Translations under genes and position numbers: made by a program
Notes under the pieces: generated by a model
Seen by the model: the letters and a program-made list of their open reading frames with translations, nothing else
The model's database searches: none
What the model was told of the DNA's origin: nothing
In this document: piece by piece, positions 28,811 to 38,645 of the stretch
Position numbering within the stretch: position 1 is the stretch's first letter
Layout: each line of letters begins with the position of its first letter
NCBI GenBank assembly: GCA_964404195.1
Contig: CAYOJC010000010.1
Coordinates: 6,514 to 70,513 of the forward strand
Reading direction: 5' to 3'
From: an uncultured Syntrophobacteraceae bacterium
Lineage (GTDB): Bacteria > Desulfobacterota > Binatia > UBA9968
DNA length: 64,000 nt

Positions 28811-29977
28811 ATGCCAGATTCCTACCACATGAATCTTGCCGCCACTTTTCAACGCCGCGGGATCGTCGAAGGATTCTTCGGACCGCCGTGGAGCATGAAG
28901 CACCGCGCGGAGATTTTTAAATTCGGCGCCGCGCGCGGCATGAACACCTATCTTTATGCCCCGAAAGACGATCCGTATCACCGCGAGAAATGGCAGCGGC
29001 CGTATCCGCGAGAAAAGTGGAGAGAGATGCTGCGGCTCATTCGCTCCGCTCAAAAATACAAAATCGACTTCGTCTACGGCTTTCATCCGGGAAGAGGGCT
29101 GCGCTTCAGCGACGATAAACCCATCCGAGTTTTACTCGCCAAAGCCGCGCGGTTTTATGACGCCGGGGTGCGCGCGTTCGCGATTCTCTTCGACGATATT
29201 CCTTCTCGCCTCGATTATGCGGCGGACCGTCGAACGTTCGGCGGCAGCCTCGCGCGGGCAGAGGGCGCGTGGCTCGGCAAAATTCTCGAACGCCAATCTA
29301 CGGTGTGGCACGACGTCGAATGGTGGATCTGCCCTTCCTACTACACCGACGATCCGCTGCTCGCGCGCGTCTTCGGACGGTTCGAAGCGAACTTCCTGGA
29401 AAAAATGGCGGAGCATCTTCCGCAGTCCGTCGCCTGTTGCTGGACCGGACCCAAGGTCGTCTGCAAGAAAATTACTCTGGCCGACGCGCGCCGCGCCGCC
29501 CGCCGGATCAGGCGCCGGCTGATTCTATGGGACAACTACCCGGTAAACGATCTTTCCATGAGCAGAGAGATGCACCTGGCTCCGCTGACCGGACGCGATA
29601 CACTCCTCCCCCAAGTTGTCGACGGTTATCTCAACAACCCGCTGCTGCAGGAATCGCTGAGCTTCATTCCGCTCGCGACCTGCTTCGACTATGCGGCCGA
29701 GCCCGCGGCTTACGACCCGGAGAAAAGCTGGGAGCGAGCAATCAGAGAGCGCTTTGGGGTCAAGGCGCTTCCCTATTGGCGGGCGATCCGACAATTCTGC
29801 GAGCGCATCAGCAAACTGAAAGACAAGACGGGTGGTTTGGCTGTGAGCCGCGAGAAACGCTTCCCCCTCGTTGCGGCCTTCTGCTACGTGGCCCAGCATA
29901 GCCATGAACGCTGGGCTGAAGAACTACAGCCCTGGATGGATCTTTTCGAAAAGAGCTTGACGCAAGCCGGACACTGA
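28811..29977 (+). CDS. GH84 beta-N-acetylglucosaminidase (O-GlcNAcase-like), stand-alone catalytic domain
   Basis: GIVEGFFGPPWS, YLYAPKDDPYHR, LFDDI (catalytic DD), CPSYY, WTGPKV, WDNYPVND; no signal peptide. Confidence 0.92.
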   Translation: MPDSYHMNLAATFQRRGIVEGFFGPPWSMKHRAEIFKFGAARGMNTYLYAPKDDPYHREKWQRPYPREKWREMLRLIRSAQKYKIDFVYGFHPGRGLRFSDDKPIRVLLAKAARFYDAGVRAFAILFDDIPSRLDYAADRRTFGGSLARAEGAWLGKILERQSTVWHDVEWWICPSYYTDDPLLARVFGRFEANFLEKMAEHLPQSVACCWTGPKVVCKKITLADARRAARRIRRRLILWDNYPVNDLSMSREMHLAPLTGRDTLLPQVVDGYLNNPLLQESLSFIPLATCFDYAAEPAAYDPEKSWERAIRERFGVKALPYWRAIRQFCERISKLKDKTGGLAVSREKRFPLVAAFCYVAQHSHERWAEELQPWMDLFEKSLTQAGH

Positions 29978-30018
29978 GGGAGAATCGAAATCTGGACGAC
30001 TGAACGGGAGGACAACCA

Positions 30019-30825
30019 ATGGGTGCACAAATAAAACACATGGCCATTGCCAGCGAAAATTACACGCTTATGGGGCGCTTCTATGAAGCGGTATTTCATT
30101 TGAGAACCTCGCCGAGGGCAAAACCGGAGAGCGCCGTCGTCGTCGGCGACGGCTACATCGGCCTGAACATCAACCCACGCCGCGCCGGCCGGCAGGCGGG
30201 CTTCGACCACTTCGGCTTCGAGGTGGACGACGTCGATTCGGTCCTTGAGCGAATGAAAACGAAATATCCGGCCGTCAACGTGTTGAAGCGCCCCGGCAAT
30301 AGACCGTTCGCGGGCCTGAGCACGCACGATCCCGCCGGAAACGTCTTCGACCTTTCCCAGAAAGGAATGGAAAACCGCCGCGACGTTTATGAAGACGGCG
30401 ACTGGAAGCAGGACCGCTTTATCTCTCACTTCGGCCTCAGGACGGTCATGCCGGAAACGTTGGCGCAGTTTTACGTCGAAGTCTTCGAGCTGCGCGCGCA
30501 GGAAAAACCCGTGGGCGATCCGAACTATTACTTGTCGGACGGCAAAGTGACGCTCGTCGTCATGCCCTGGAACATCAACGATTATCTGGGATCGGGCATC
30601 GAGCGGCCCGCGCCGGAACATATCGGTTTCAAAGTGGAGAGCGTCGAGACATTCAAGAAGGACCTGGAGACCTTGATCGGACGGAATCCAAGGCTTTCTC
30701 CCAGTCCCGTCGGCGGCGGGCCGGAAGGCGCAGCCAGGCTGAAGCTGTTCACAGCCTCGTGCCCCTTCGGCAAATACCATCTCGCCGATCCGGACGGAGT
30801 GTTGATCGATGTCTCCGATGCCTAG
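30019..30825 (+). CDS. tandem VOC/glyoxalase domain protein
   Basis: two modules ending HFGFEV..DPAGNVFDLS and HIGFKV..DPDGVLIDVS. Confidence 0.9.
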   Translation: MGAQIKHMAIASENYTLMGRFYEAVFHLRTSPRAKPESAVVVGDGYIGLNINPRRAGRQAGFDHFGFEVDDVDSVLERMKTKYPAVNVLKRPGNRPFAGLSTHDPAGNVFDLSQKGMENRRDVYEDGDWKQDRFISHFGLRTVMPETLAQFYVEVFELRAQEKPVGDPNYYLSDGKVTLVVMPWNINDYLGSGIERPAPEHIGFKVESVETFKKDLETLIGRNPRLSPSPVGGGPEGAARLKLFTASCPFGKYHLADPDGVLIDVSDA

Positions 30826-31798
30826 AGCGAAGACGATTGTAACCGCAATTTACCTTGCGTGCCTTCTGTCTCTGGCCTCCGCGTTTGTGGAATTCTCGTG
30901 GGCTCAGACCATCATCAATGTAGGCGTGCCGGCCAGCCAGACCAGCGCGATTCCGCTTCATATCGGCATCTCCAAGGGAATCTTCGCGAAATATGGCATG
31001 GACGTCAGGGTGATCGTCATTCCGAACGGCCGGGTCAACGTTAACGTGCTGAACAGCGGCAGCACCCAATTCTTCACCGGATCTTCGCCCGAGCTGTTTT
31101 TTGTCGGCGAGCAGGGCGGAGACATTATCGGACTGGGCTCATGGGACGACTCCTCTCCCTACAATCTAGTAAGCCGCGAAAAAATCCAGTCTGTGAAAGA
31201 CCTCAAGGGCAAAAAACTCGCGGCGGGCGGCTTGCTGGACAAAAGCCATTTGTTCCTGAAGCTCCTGCTTGCGCGCGAAGGCTTGGATGCGAATAAAGAT
31301 GTCGAGCTGGTTTTCATCGGCGGCTCTTCGGCGCGGCTTTCGATGCTTGCCGCCGGAAAGATCGATGCGGCGCCCGCGGCGCCGGAGTTCGCCAAACGGG
31401 CCGAGAAGCTGGGATTGCACGTCATCCCGATTGCCATGCCGTACACCAAAGGATTGATCACGACGCGAAAATCATACCTGGCCAAAAGCCGTACGACCAT
31501 CAAAGCTTTTCTGAGCGCGTTAGCGTAGTCCGTAAGATATCTCGTGAGCAACAAAGAGGACTCGATCCAAGTCATGGGCCAGGTATTCAGGTTGCAGGAT
31601 CGAGACGTGCTCGAATACGCCTATAATGTTCTCAAGTCTCATGCGCAGTCCGACCTCTATCCTTCGGAGGAGGGCTTACGTAACGTGCTCAAAACCATGG
31701 CCTACGACGATCCAAAATTTGCCGCAGTTCCTCCGTTGAAGCACATGGATCTTTCGCTCATCGAGGAACTGCGCTCCACAAAAGCGGCGCTGCGGTAA
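30818..31798 (+). pseudogene. SsuA/NMT1-like substrate-binding protein interrupted by one in-frame TAG (31526-31528)
   Basis: the frame continues FLSALA*SVRYLVSNKE...PSEEGL..VL, giving a full-length ~325-aa SBP. Confidence 0.85.
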
Positions 31799-31824
31799 AA
31801 ATCAAATCACGGTAAGGGGCACCT

Positions 31825-32643
31825 ATGACCGAGAAATTTATTGAAGTCGATGGGCTCAAGACCCGCTACCTCGAAGAAGGAAGCGGTCCGGTAGTTCTGC
31901 TGCTCCACGGAGCTTCTCTCGGCTCGTCGGCGGACGTTTGGGAGCGCAATCTCGCGCCGCTGGCCCGGCACGGCCTGCGCGCGCTCGCCTTCGATCAACC
32001 GGGCTTCGGCCTCACCGACAATCCCCGAGATTATTCAGTAGCTTACCGGCGTAGCTTCATCCTTAAGTTCATGGAGACTTTGGGAGTTGAGAAAGCGAGC
32101 CTCGTCGGCCACTCGCAAGCCGGTGGTATGGCGACAGGACTTGCCTTCGATCACACCGAGCGCATTTCCAAAGTCGTCGTGCTCGCAACCGGCAGCTTGT
32201 TGCCGCCGTTACCGGCAGGCGAAAAGAGCGGTGCGGGCGAGGGAGAAGAAGGAGGAAACTCCGAGCCGACTCTCGAAGACAGCCGCGCGCTGCTGGAACA
32301 TAATCTCTTCAACCACGCGCTGATCACGCCGGAAGTTCTGGAAAAGCGTCATCGCATGAGCGTCGGCAAAAACTTTCAAGCTTTCCTGGAGCGCGCCAAG
32401 GCCCCGCGGGGCGGCGGCAGAAAAGACAATGTCCCGATATGGGAGCGGCTGCATCAGCTTCCCGTGCCGCTGTTGATGCTCTACGGAAAACAGGACCGCG
32501 GCTCGGCCGCCGCGCGAGCCGCCGCGCTCAAAGAACGCTTCCCCACTCTCAACCTTCATCTGCTCGACAACGCCAAGCATCTCGCCCAATGGGACGCGGC
32601 GGAGGAGTTCGAGAAACTCACCGCAAAGTTCCTGACGTCGTAG
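31825..32643 (+). CDS. alpha/beta fold hydrolase
   Basis: LLHG, DQPGFG, GHSQAG nucleophile elbow, catalytic His (AKHL). Confidence 0.93.
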   Translation: MTEKFIEVDGLKTRYLEEGSGPVVLLLHGASLGSSADVWERNLAPLARHGLRALAFDQPGFGLTDNPRDYSVAYRRSFILKFMETLGVEKASLVGHSQAGGMATGLAFDHTERISKVVVLATGSLLPPLPAGEKSGAGEGEEGGNSEPTLEDSRALLEHNLFNHALITPEVLEKRHRMSVGKNFQAFLERAKAPRGGGRKDNVPIWERLHQLPVPLLMLYGKQDRGSAAARAAALKERFPTLNLHLLDNAKHLAQWDAAEEFEKLTAKFLTS

Positions 32644-32707
32644 CCGAGCATCTCAGGCCGTCTCTTCTTGATCAGCATCGCCGCGTGTCGTAGAACGTTG
32701 GCAGGCG

Positions 32708-34090
32708 ATGGATGCGGAATTTGTAAAAATGTCGGCGGCGGAACTGGTCCGCTTGCTCAAGGACGCGCGGCGACGCACGCTTGACCTCGTCGCCGATCTC
32801 AACGACGAGCAGATGATCGGGCCGCGGCTCGCGATCGTGAATCCGCCGCTCTGGGAGATCGGGCACGTCGCATGGACCCAGGAGTTCTGGACGCTGCGCC
32901 ATCTCGGCGGGGCAAAACCGCTGGTCGAAGGCGCGGACGCGCTTTACAATTCCACCGAAGTCGCGCACGACACGCGCTGGGAGTTGCTGCTGCCGTCGCG
33001 CGAACAAACTCTGTCCTATATGGATGCGGTGCTAACCCGCGTCGCGGAAAGCCTCGGCGCGCGCGAGTTAGCGCCTGAAGAAATCTACTTTTATCTTCTC
33101 GTCCTGTTCCACGAAGACATGCACGGCGAGGCGCTAACCTATACGAGACACACGCTCGGCTACCCGGCGCCGAAATTGAGCTCGATGAGCATCACGGACA
33201 AACTCCCTCGTGGCGGTGCTTTGCCCGGCGACGCCGAAATTCCCGGCGGGACTTTCATGCTGGGCGCGAATCCAGGCAATCTATTCATCTTCGACAACGA
33301 GAAATGGGCCCATCCCGTGGACATCGCGCCGTTCCGCATCGCGCGCGCGCCGGTCACGAACGGAGAATTCGCCGCCTTCGTGGACGACGGCGGATACCAT
33401 CGACGGGAATTTTGGAGCGAGGATGGCTGGCGCTGGCGCGAATCCGGCGGCGCGCCGGCGCTCGATCGATCGTTCTCGAAGTTTTTCAACCGAACGCAAG
33501 AATACAAAACGGATTGGTCGCCGGAAAAATCCGAGCATCCGGTCTATTGGAAAAAAGAAGCCGACGGCCGCTGGCTGCAACGGATCTTCGATCGATACGT
33601 CGCGCTCGAACAGGACCTTCCCGTCATTCACGTTAACTGGTACGAGGCGGACGCCTATTGTAAATGGGCGGGCCGCCGACTGCCGACCGAGGCGGAATGG
33701 GAAATGTCCGCCGCTGTTGAGCCTCACCCGAGTCAGTTCAAACGAAATTTTCCCTGGGGCGACGAGCCTCCGACGCCGGAGCGAGCGAATCTCGATGGCC
33801 GCGCTTTAGGACTACTCGAAGTCGGCGCGCTGCCGGAGGGAGACAGCGCCTTCGGCTGTCGCCAGATGATCGGCAATGTGTGGGAGTGGACCGCGAGCGA
33901 CTTCCAAGCGTATCCCGGTTTTGTCGTCGATCCATACAAGGAATATTCCGAGCCCTGGTTCGGCACGCACAAGGTTTTACGCGGCGGCTGCTGGGCCACG
34001 CGCGCGCGGCTCATTCGCAACACGTGGCGAAACTTCTACACTCCCGATCGCCGCGACGTGTGGGCGGGCTTTCGGACTTGCGCGCTCTAA
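32708..34090 (+). CDS. senA: selenoneine synthase (EgtB/SenA family non-heme iron enzyme)
   Basis: DinB domain NPPLWEIGHVAW, FHEDMHGEA (HxxxH), FGE domain, DPYKEYSEPWF; adjacent to a TIGR04348-type glycosyltransferase. Confidence 0.85.
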   Translation: MDAEFVKMSAAELVRLLKDARRRTLDLVADLNDEQMIGPRLAIVNPPLWEIGHVAWTQEFWTLRHLGGAKPLVEGADALYNSTEVAHDTRWELLLPSREQTLSYMDAVLTRVAESLGARELAPEEIYFYLLVLFHEDMHGEALTYTRHTLGYPAPKLSSMSITDKLPRGGALPGDAEIPGGTFMLGANPGNLFIFDNEKWAHPVDIAPFRIARAPVTNGEFAAFVDDGGYHRREFWSEDGWRWRESGGAPALDRSFSKFFNRTQEYKTDWSPEKSEHPVYWKKEADGRWLQRIFDRYVALEQDLPVIHVNWYEADAYCKWAGRRLPTEAEWEMSAAVEPHPSQFKRNFPWGDEPPTPERANLDGRALGLLEVGALPEGDSAFGCRQMIGNVWEWTASDFQAYPGFVVDPYKEYSEPWFGTHKVLRGGCWATRARLIRNTWRNFYTPDRRDVWAGFRTCAL

Positions 34091-34198
34091 CTTCGTGTGC
34101 TTCGTGTTCTTCGTGGTGAGAGAATTTTAACCACGAAGGACACGAAGGTCTCGAAGGAAGACAACACGACTCGCGCAAAGGCGCAAAGGGCGCCAAGG
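34091..34198. repeat. 9-mer/8-mer short tandem repeats forming a palindrome
   Basis: cttcgtgtg-cttcgtgtt-cttcgtggt..accacgaagga-cacgaagg; cgcaaagg-cgcaaagg-g-cgccaagg. Confidence 0.8.
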
Positions 34199-34239
34199 GA
34201 AACAGTGAACAATCGGGGCGAGCTCTTCACTTCCAACGT

Positions 34240-35187
34240 ATGAAGATCCGACTCGTCACGCCCGCCGGCCCGGCCGACCGCAACGGCAACAGCATCACGG
34301 CGCTTCGCTGGGCGCGCATCATCGAGCGTCTCGGCCACCGCGTCTTCGTGGACGCGTGTTATCGTGGCGAGGCGTGCGAACTTCTCATCGCGCTGCACGC
34401 GCGGAAAAGCGCGCCGTCGATTCGCCTCTTCAGGAAACAGCATCCGGACTTGCCGCTGATCGTCGCGTTGACCGGCACCGATCTCTATCGCGACCTCCGC
34501 ACGAGCGCCGCCGCCAGGCAATCTCTCGATCTGGCGACGCGGATAATCGTTCTCCAGTCGCAGGCGCTGAAGGAATTGCCACGCCGCCTGCGCCGGAAAA
34601 CGCGAGTCATCTATCAGTCCGCGTCTCAGGTCAAAGGCGCGCCACGGCGGAGCTACGCATTCAAGGTTTGCGTCATCGGCCACCTGCGCGCGGAAAAAGA
34701 TCCCATGCGCACGGCGATGGCGGCCCGCCTGCTTCCCGCTTCATCCACGGTGCGCATCGCGCACGTCGGCCGCCCCTTGAATGAGCGAAGCGAACGGCAG
34801 GCGCGCGCGGAGATGCGGCGCAATCCGCGCTATCGCTGGCTGGGAGAGTTGCCGCACTGGAAAACCAGAAGATTACTGGCGAGCAGCGATCTTTTATCTC
34901 TCACATCTCGGATGGAAGGCAGCGCCAACGTTCTGTCCGAAGCGATCGCCTCGTCCGTGCCGGTGGCCGCTTCCAAAATACCCGGCCTCATCGGCACGCT
35001 CGGGAAAAATTATCCTGGTTATTTCAAGCTCGGCGATACGCGCGGCCTGAGCCGCCTTCTTCGCCGCGCCGAATCCGATCGACGATTTTACCTGAAGTTG
35101 AAGTCCTACTGTGCGCGCCTGCGGCCGCTGGTCGATCCGGCGCGCGAGCGCGCGGCGTGGAAGAAGCTGCTCAGAGAGCTCTCATAG
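34240..35187 (+). CDS. senB: selenosugar synthase (TIGR04348-type glycosyltransferase)
   Basis: VTPA....NGN..TALRWA, IALHARKS, LTGTDLYRD, GHLRAEKDP, SRMEG.ANV.SEA. Confidence 0.88.
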   Translation: MKIRLVTPAGPADRNGNSITALRWARIIERLGHRVFVDACYRGEACELLIALHARKSAPSIRLFRKQHPDLPLIVALTGTDLYRDLRTSAAARQSLDLATRIIVLQSQALKELPRRLRRKTRVIYQSASQVKGAPRRSYAFKVCVIGHLRAEKDPMRTAMAARLLPASSTVRIAHVGRPLNERSERQARAEMRRNPRYRWLGELPHWKTRRLLASSDLLSLTSRMEGSANVLSEAIASSVPVAASKIPGLIGTLGKNYPGYFKLGDTRGLSRLLRRAESDRRFYLKLKSYCARLRPLVDPARERAAWKKLLRELS

Positions 35188-36414
35188 TTTGTCGGCTTTT
35201 TTCGGTTCATGAATCCAGTTTTTAATCCACGGCAGCATGACGAATGCCGGCAGTGAAATAAGAAACGTCAGCGCAAAGTAGTTGCCATAACCCAGGCGCT
35301 CCGCGCCGATGCCGCTGATTCCACCGACCAGCCGTCCGGCCAGCGAGAAAACCGAAGAGAGAAAAGCGTATTGCACGGTCGCGTGCTCTTTGTCGCAGAC
35401 GTTCATCAAAAAGGCGAGAAACGCCGCCGTCCCGAGTCCGCCGGTGAAAGATTCGATCACCGAGGCGCTATAAAGTCCGGCTCGTCCCAGCTCGCCCCAC
35501 GCGACGAGCGCGTACCCCAGATTGGACACCGCCTGCAATAAACCCAGCGCCCAGATGCCGCGAAAAGTTCCGTAGCGCGAGATGAAGCCGCCGCCGGCGA
35601 GCGACCCCGCGACGCTGAGCACGATGCCGAAAGTCGTCGGCACGAGTCCGATCTCGAAGACCGAACTTCCCTGATCGACCCAGAACGGCTTCACCATAGG
35701 GCCGATCGCGAACTCGCCCAGTTTGTAGGTGAGCACGAACAGCACGAGCGGAACCGCGCTCCAGGTTCCGATCCAATCCGTAAAGCCCGCCAGCCAGTGC
35801 GAACGCGTTTCCTCCGGCAGATCGAGCCGCGGCGAAAGCAAAACCGAAAAGCCCAGGAGCGCGAAGACAATGGCGGCGCAGAAATAAAGCGCGCCCCACG
35901 GAAATACCGAAGCGAGCAAAACCGTGCCGCCGCCGATCGCGACTAAAGCGACGCGGTACGCCGACGCGCGCACGCCGTTCACCGCGCCCTCTTCTTCCCG
36001 CGTGACGAGACCGACCGTGTAAGAATCGATCGCCACGTCTTGCGTCGCCGAGAGCGTGGTCAGCGCCAGCAGAAGACCGAGTAGCAGCAAGCCCGGATGC
36101 GCCGGGTCGACCAGCGGCAGCAAACCGACCGCGAGCGCGACGCCGAACATGCAGCCGCAAACCCAAAGCCTCCGGTCGCCGTAACGATGGACGAGCGGCG
36201 ACCAAAAAAATTTCAGCGAATAGGGAAGCTCCAAGAGGCGCAGGCCGCCGATCGCCCGGAGAGAAATTCCTTGTAGCCGCAAGTACACCGGCAGCGCCTC
36301 CCATAGAATCGCCACCGGCGCGCCCTGAATAAAGTAGAGCAGCGCGACGATTCCCAGCTTGCGCCGCGACTCCGGCGGCAGCCGCTCCGCGCCGAGAAAT
36401 TTCCAGAAATTCAT
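35182..36414 (-). CDS. AmpG-family MFS permease
   Basis: LYFIQG.P, PYSLKFFWSP, SATQDVAID, ATVQYAFLSS. Confidence 0.88.
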   Translation of the reverse strand: MNFWKFLGAERLPPESRRKLGIVALLYFIQGAPVAILWEALPVYLRLQGISLRAIGGLRLLELPYSLKFFWSPLVHRYGDRRLWVCGCMFGVALAVGLLPLVDPAHPGLLLLGLLLALTTLSATQDVAIDSYTVGLVTREEEGAVNGVRASAYRVALVAIGGGTVLLASVFPWGALYFCAAIVFALLGFSVLLSPRLDLPEETRSHWLAGFTDWIGTWSAVPLVLFVLTYKLGEFAIGPMVKPFWVDQGSSVFEIGLVPTTFGIVLSVAGSLAGGGFISRYGTFRGIWALGLLQAVSNLGYALVAWGELGRAGLYSASVIESFTGGLGTAAFLAFLMNVCDKEHATVQYAFLSSVFSLAGRLVGGISGIGAERLGYGNYFALTFLISLPAFVMLPWIKNWIHEPKKADKL

Positions 36415-36474
36415 TACAGCCGGATTACCAGAGCCTGGAACGGATATAAAGAGAAATATTTTTCTTTTTTATTT

Positions 36475-36628
36475 TTTAACCTGCTCTCCATTTACCCGTA
36501 ACATCCGACTTTTATCTTGAGCGGCGTGAGCACAACCGCCCTCCCGTTCACGCCGAGTAAAGCAACCGCGCTCCGCTGCCGGAGTCCGTGTAATCCCGAA
36601 TTCATCGGTCCGTAACGTGTTCGTAACA
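36475..36628 (+). promoter_or_regulatory. putative Pho-box-like direct repeats upstream of pstS
   Basis: CGTAAC at 36611 and 36622 (11-bp period); TTTAAC/CGTAAC at 36475 and 36497 (22 bp apart). Confidence 0.5.
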
Positions 36629-36661
36629 ATGCCGATATAAATAACAACGAAGGAGATCAAA

Positions 36662-37645
36662 ATGAATCGCAACATACTGTTCGCCTTGGTTCTATGCACT
36701 CTCTCCCATGCCATGCCCGCAGAGGCGCAAATCGTTCAAATCGACGGCTCCAGCACGGTCTTCCCGATCACCGAGGCGGTGGCCGAAGAATTTCAGAAAG
36801 CGAAAAAAGGAAAAGTCAAAGTCACGGTCGGCATCTCCGGCACCGGCGGCGGGTTCAAGAAATTCTGCCGTGGGGAGACCGACATCAGCGACGCTTCCCG
36901 CCCGATCCTCAAAGAGGAGATGGAAACCTGCAAGAAGACCGGCATCCAGTACATCGAGCTGCCGATTGCTTACGACGCGCTGACGGTCATGGTGAATCCG
37001 AAAAACGACTGGATCGCTTCGCTGACCGTGGCCGATCTCAAGAAAATCTGGGAGCCTTCCGCGCAGGGTAAAGTCACGCATTGGAACCAAGTCCGTCCGT
37101 CCTGGCCGAACGCGCCGCTGAAGCTTTTCGGTCCGGGCGCCGACTCCGGCACATTCGATTACTTCACGGAAGCAATCGTCGGCAAGGCCAAAGCCAGCCG
37201 CGGCGACTTCACGGCGAGCGAAGACGACAACGTGCTCGTCCAGGGCATCGCCAACGACAAAAACGCCCTAGGATATTTCGGCTTCGCCTACTACATCGAG
37301 AACCAGAAAAAGTTGAAGGCGGTGGCCATCGACGGCGGCAAAGGACCGGTGCTGCCCTCGGCGAAGACGGTCGAAGATGGAACCTATCAGCCGCTCTCGC
37401 GCCCGATCTTCATCTACGTGAGCAAAAAGGCCACGGAAAAACCCGAAGTCAAAGAGTTCGTCGAGTTCTACATGCAAAACGCGGCCAATCTCGTGAAGCA
37501 GGTCAAATACGTGGCGCTTCCCGCCAGCGCGTACACCATGGGTATCGAGCACTTCCGCAAGGGCAAGCTCGGAACGGTATTCGACGGCGAAGCGCAGGTG
37601 GGCGTCAAGATCGAGGATCTGCTCAAGCGCGAGGCGAAGTTCTAA
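36662..37645 (+). CDS. pstS: phosphate ABC transporter substrate-binding protein
   Basis: [34 protein letters not shown]. Confidence 0.97.
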   Translation: MNRNILFALVLCTLSHAMPAEAQIVQIDGSSTVFPITEAVAEEFQKAKKGKVKVTVGISGTGGGFKKFCRGETDISDASRPILKEEMETCKKTGIQYIELPIAYDALTVMVNPKNDWIASLTVADLKKIWEPSAQGKVTHWNQVRPSWPNAPLKLFGPGADSGTFDYFTEAIVGKAKASRGDFTASEDDNVLVQGIANDKNALGYFGFAYYIENQKKLKAVAIDGGKGPVLPSAKTVEDGTYQPLSRPIFIYVSKKATEKPEVKEFVEFYMQNAANLVKQVKYVALPASAYTMGIEHFRKGKLGTVFDGEAQVGVKIEDLLKREAKF

Positions 37646-37679
37646 GACGCGATCTTCAAAGAAAGGAAGGGCATCGACG

Positions 37680-38645
37680 ATGCCCTTCCTCATATCTATG
37701 AGTTTGTCCAATTCCACTGAAACCGGCGACATCGCACCCGCGGCGCAGCATCTCGTTGCCCGAGGGTCGATGCGCCGGTTGGGCGAGAGGATCATCGAAG
37801 CGCTGCTTTTTCTAGCGGCGCTCTCGTCGGTCGGCATCACGGTAGGCATCGTTGGAATCCTTCTCTACGAGTCCGCCGAGTTTTTCAGGCATGTCTCACT
37901 TGTGGACTTTCTTACCGATACGCAGTGGACCGTGCTGTTCGCCGATCCGCACTACGGCATCATGCCGCTGGTGACTGGAACGGTCGTAACTTCTGCCGTC
38001 GCGCTCGGCGTCGCGTTGCCGCTGGGCACGGTCATCGCCATTTATTTGAGCGAGTACGCGAGCACGAAAGTGCGCGAAATCATCAAGCCCGCTCTGGAAA
38101 TGCTCAGCGCCGTTCCGACCGTCGTCTTCGGTTATTTCGCCCTGCTCTCCGTCACCCCTTTGCTGCAGCGCTTCCTGCCGAACCTTCCCGGCTTCAACAT
38201 GCTCGCCGCGGGCATCGTGATCGGCATCATGATCATTCCCTACGTGAGCTCGCTCAGCGAAGACGCGATGAAGGCGGTGCCGGTGCACATTCGAGAAGGC
38301 TCGTACGCCATGGGCGCGACGCGGCTCCAGACCGCGCTGCGCGTGCTGCTTCCCTCCGCTCTCTCCGGCATCGCCTCGGCTTATGTCCTGGGATTTTCGC
38401 GCGCCGTCGGCGAGACGATGGTGGTCGCCATCGCTGCCGGTCAGCAGCCCAACCTCACGTTGAATCCGATGGAGCCAGCCGCAACTATTACGGCCTACAT
38501 CGTGCAAGTGAGTCTGGGCGATTTGCCCCACGGCAGCGTCGCTTACCAGAGCATATTCGCCGCGGGCTTGACCTTGATGCTGATGACGCTGGTCTTTAAC
38601 ATTGCCGGCTACCTGCTGCGAAAAAAATTCCGGGAGATTTACTGA
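37680..38645 (+). CDS. pstC: phosphate ABC transporter permease
   Basis: AIYLSEY, PTVVFGYF, SRAVGETM; exact start uncertain. Confidence 0.96.
   Translation: MPFLISMSLSNSTETGDIAPAAQHLVARGSMRRLGERIIEALLFLAALSSVGITVGIVGILLYESAEFFRHVSLVDFLTDTQWTVLFADPHYGIMPLVTGTVVTSAVALGVALPLGTVIAIYLSEYASTKVREIIKPALEMLSAVPTVVFGYFALLSVTPLLQRFLPNLPGFNMLAAGIVIGIMIIPYVSSLSEDAMKAVPVHIREGSYAMGATRLQTALRVLLPSALSGIASAYVLGFSRAVGETMVVAIAAGQQPNLTLNPMEPAATITAYIVQVSLGDLPHGSVAYQSIFAAGLTLMLMTLVFNIAGYLLRKKFREIY

Noticed and set aside
32708-35187. Selenocysteine (UGA) recoding near the sen genes
   Set aside because: No in-frame TGA with continued homology was seen in these genes
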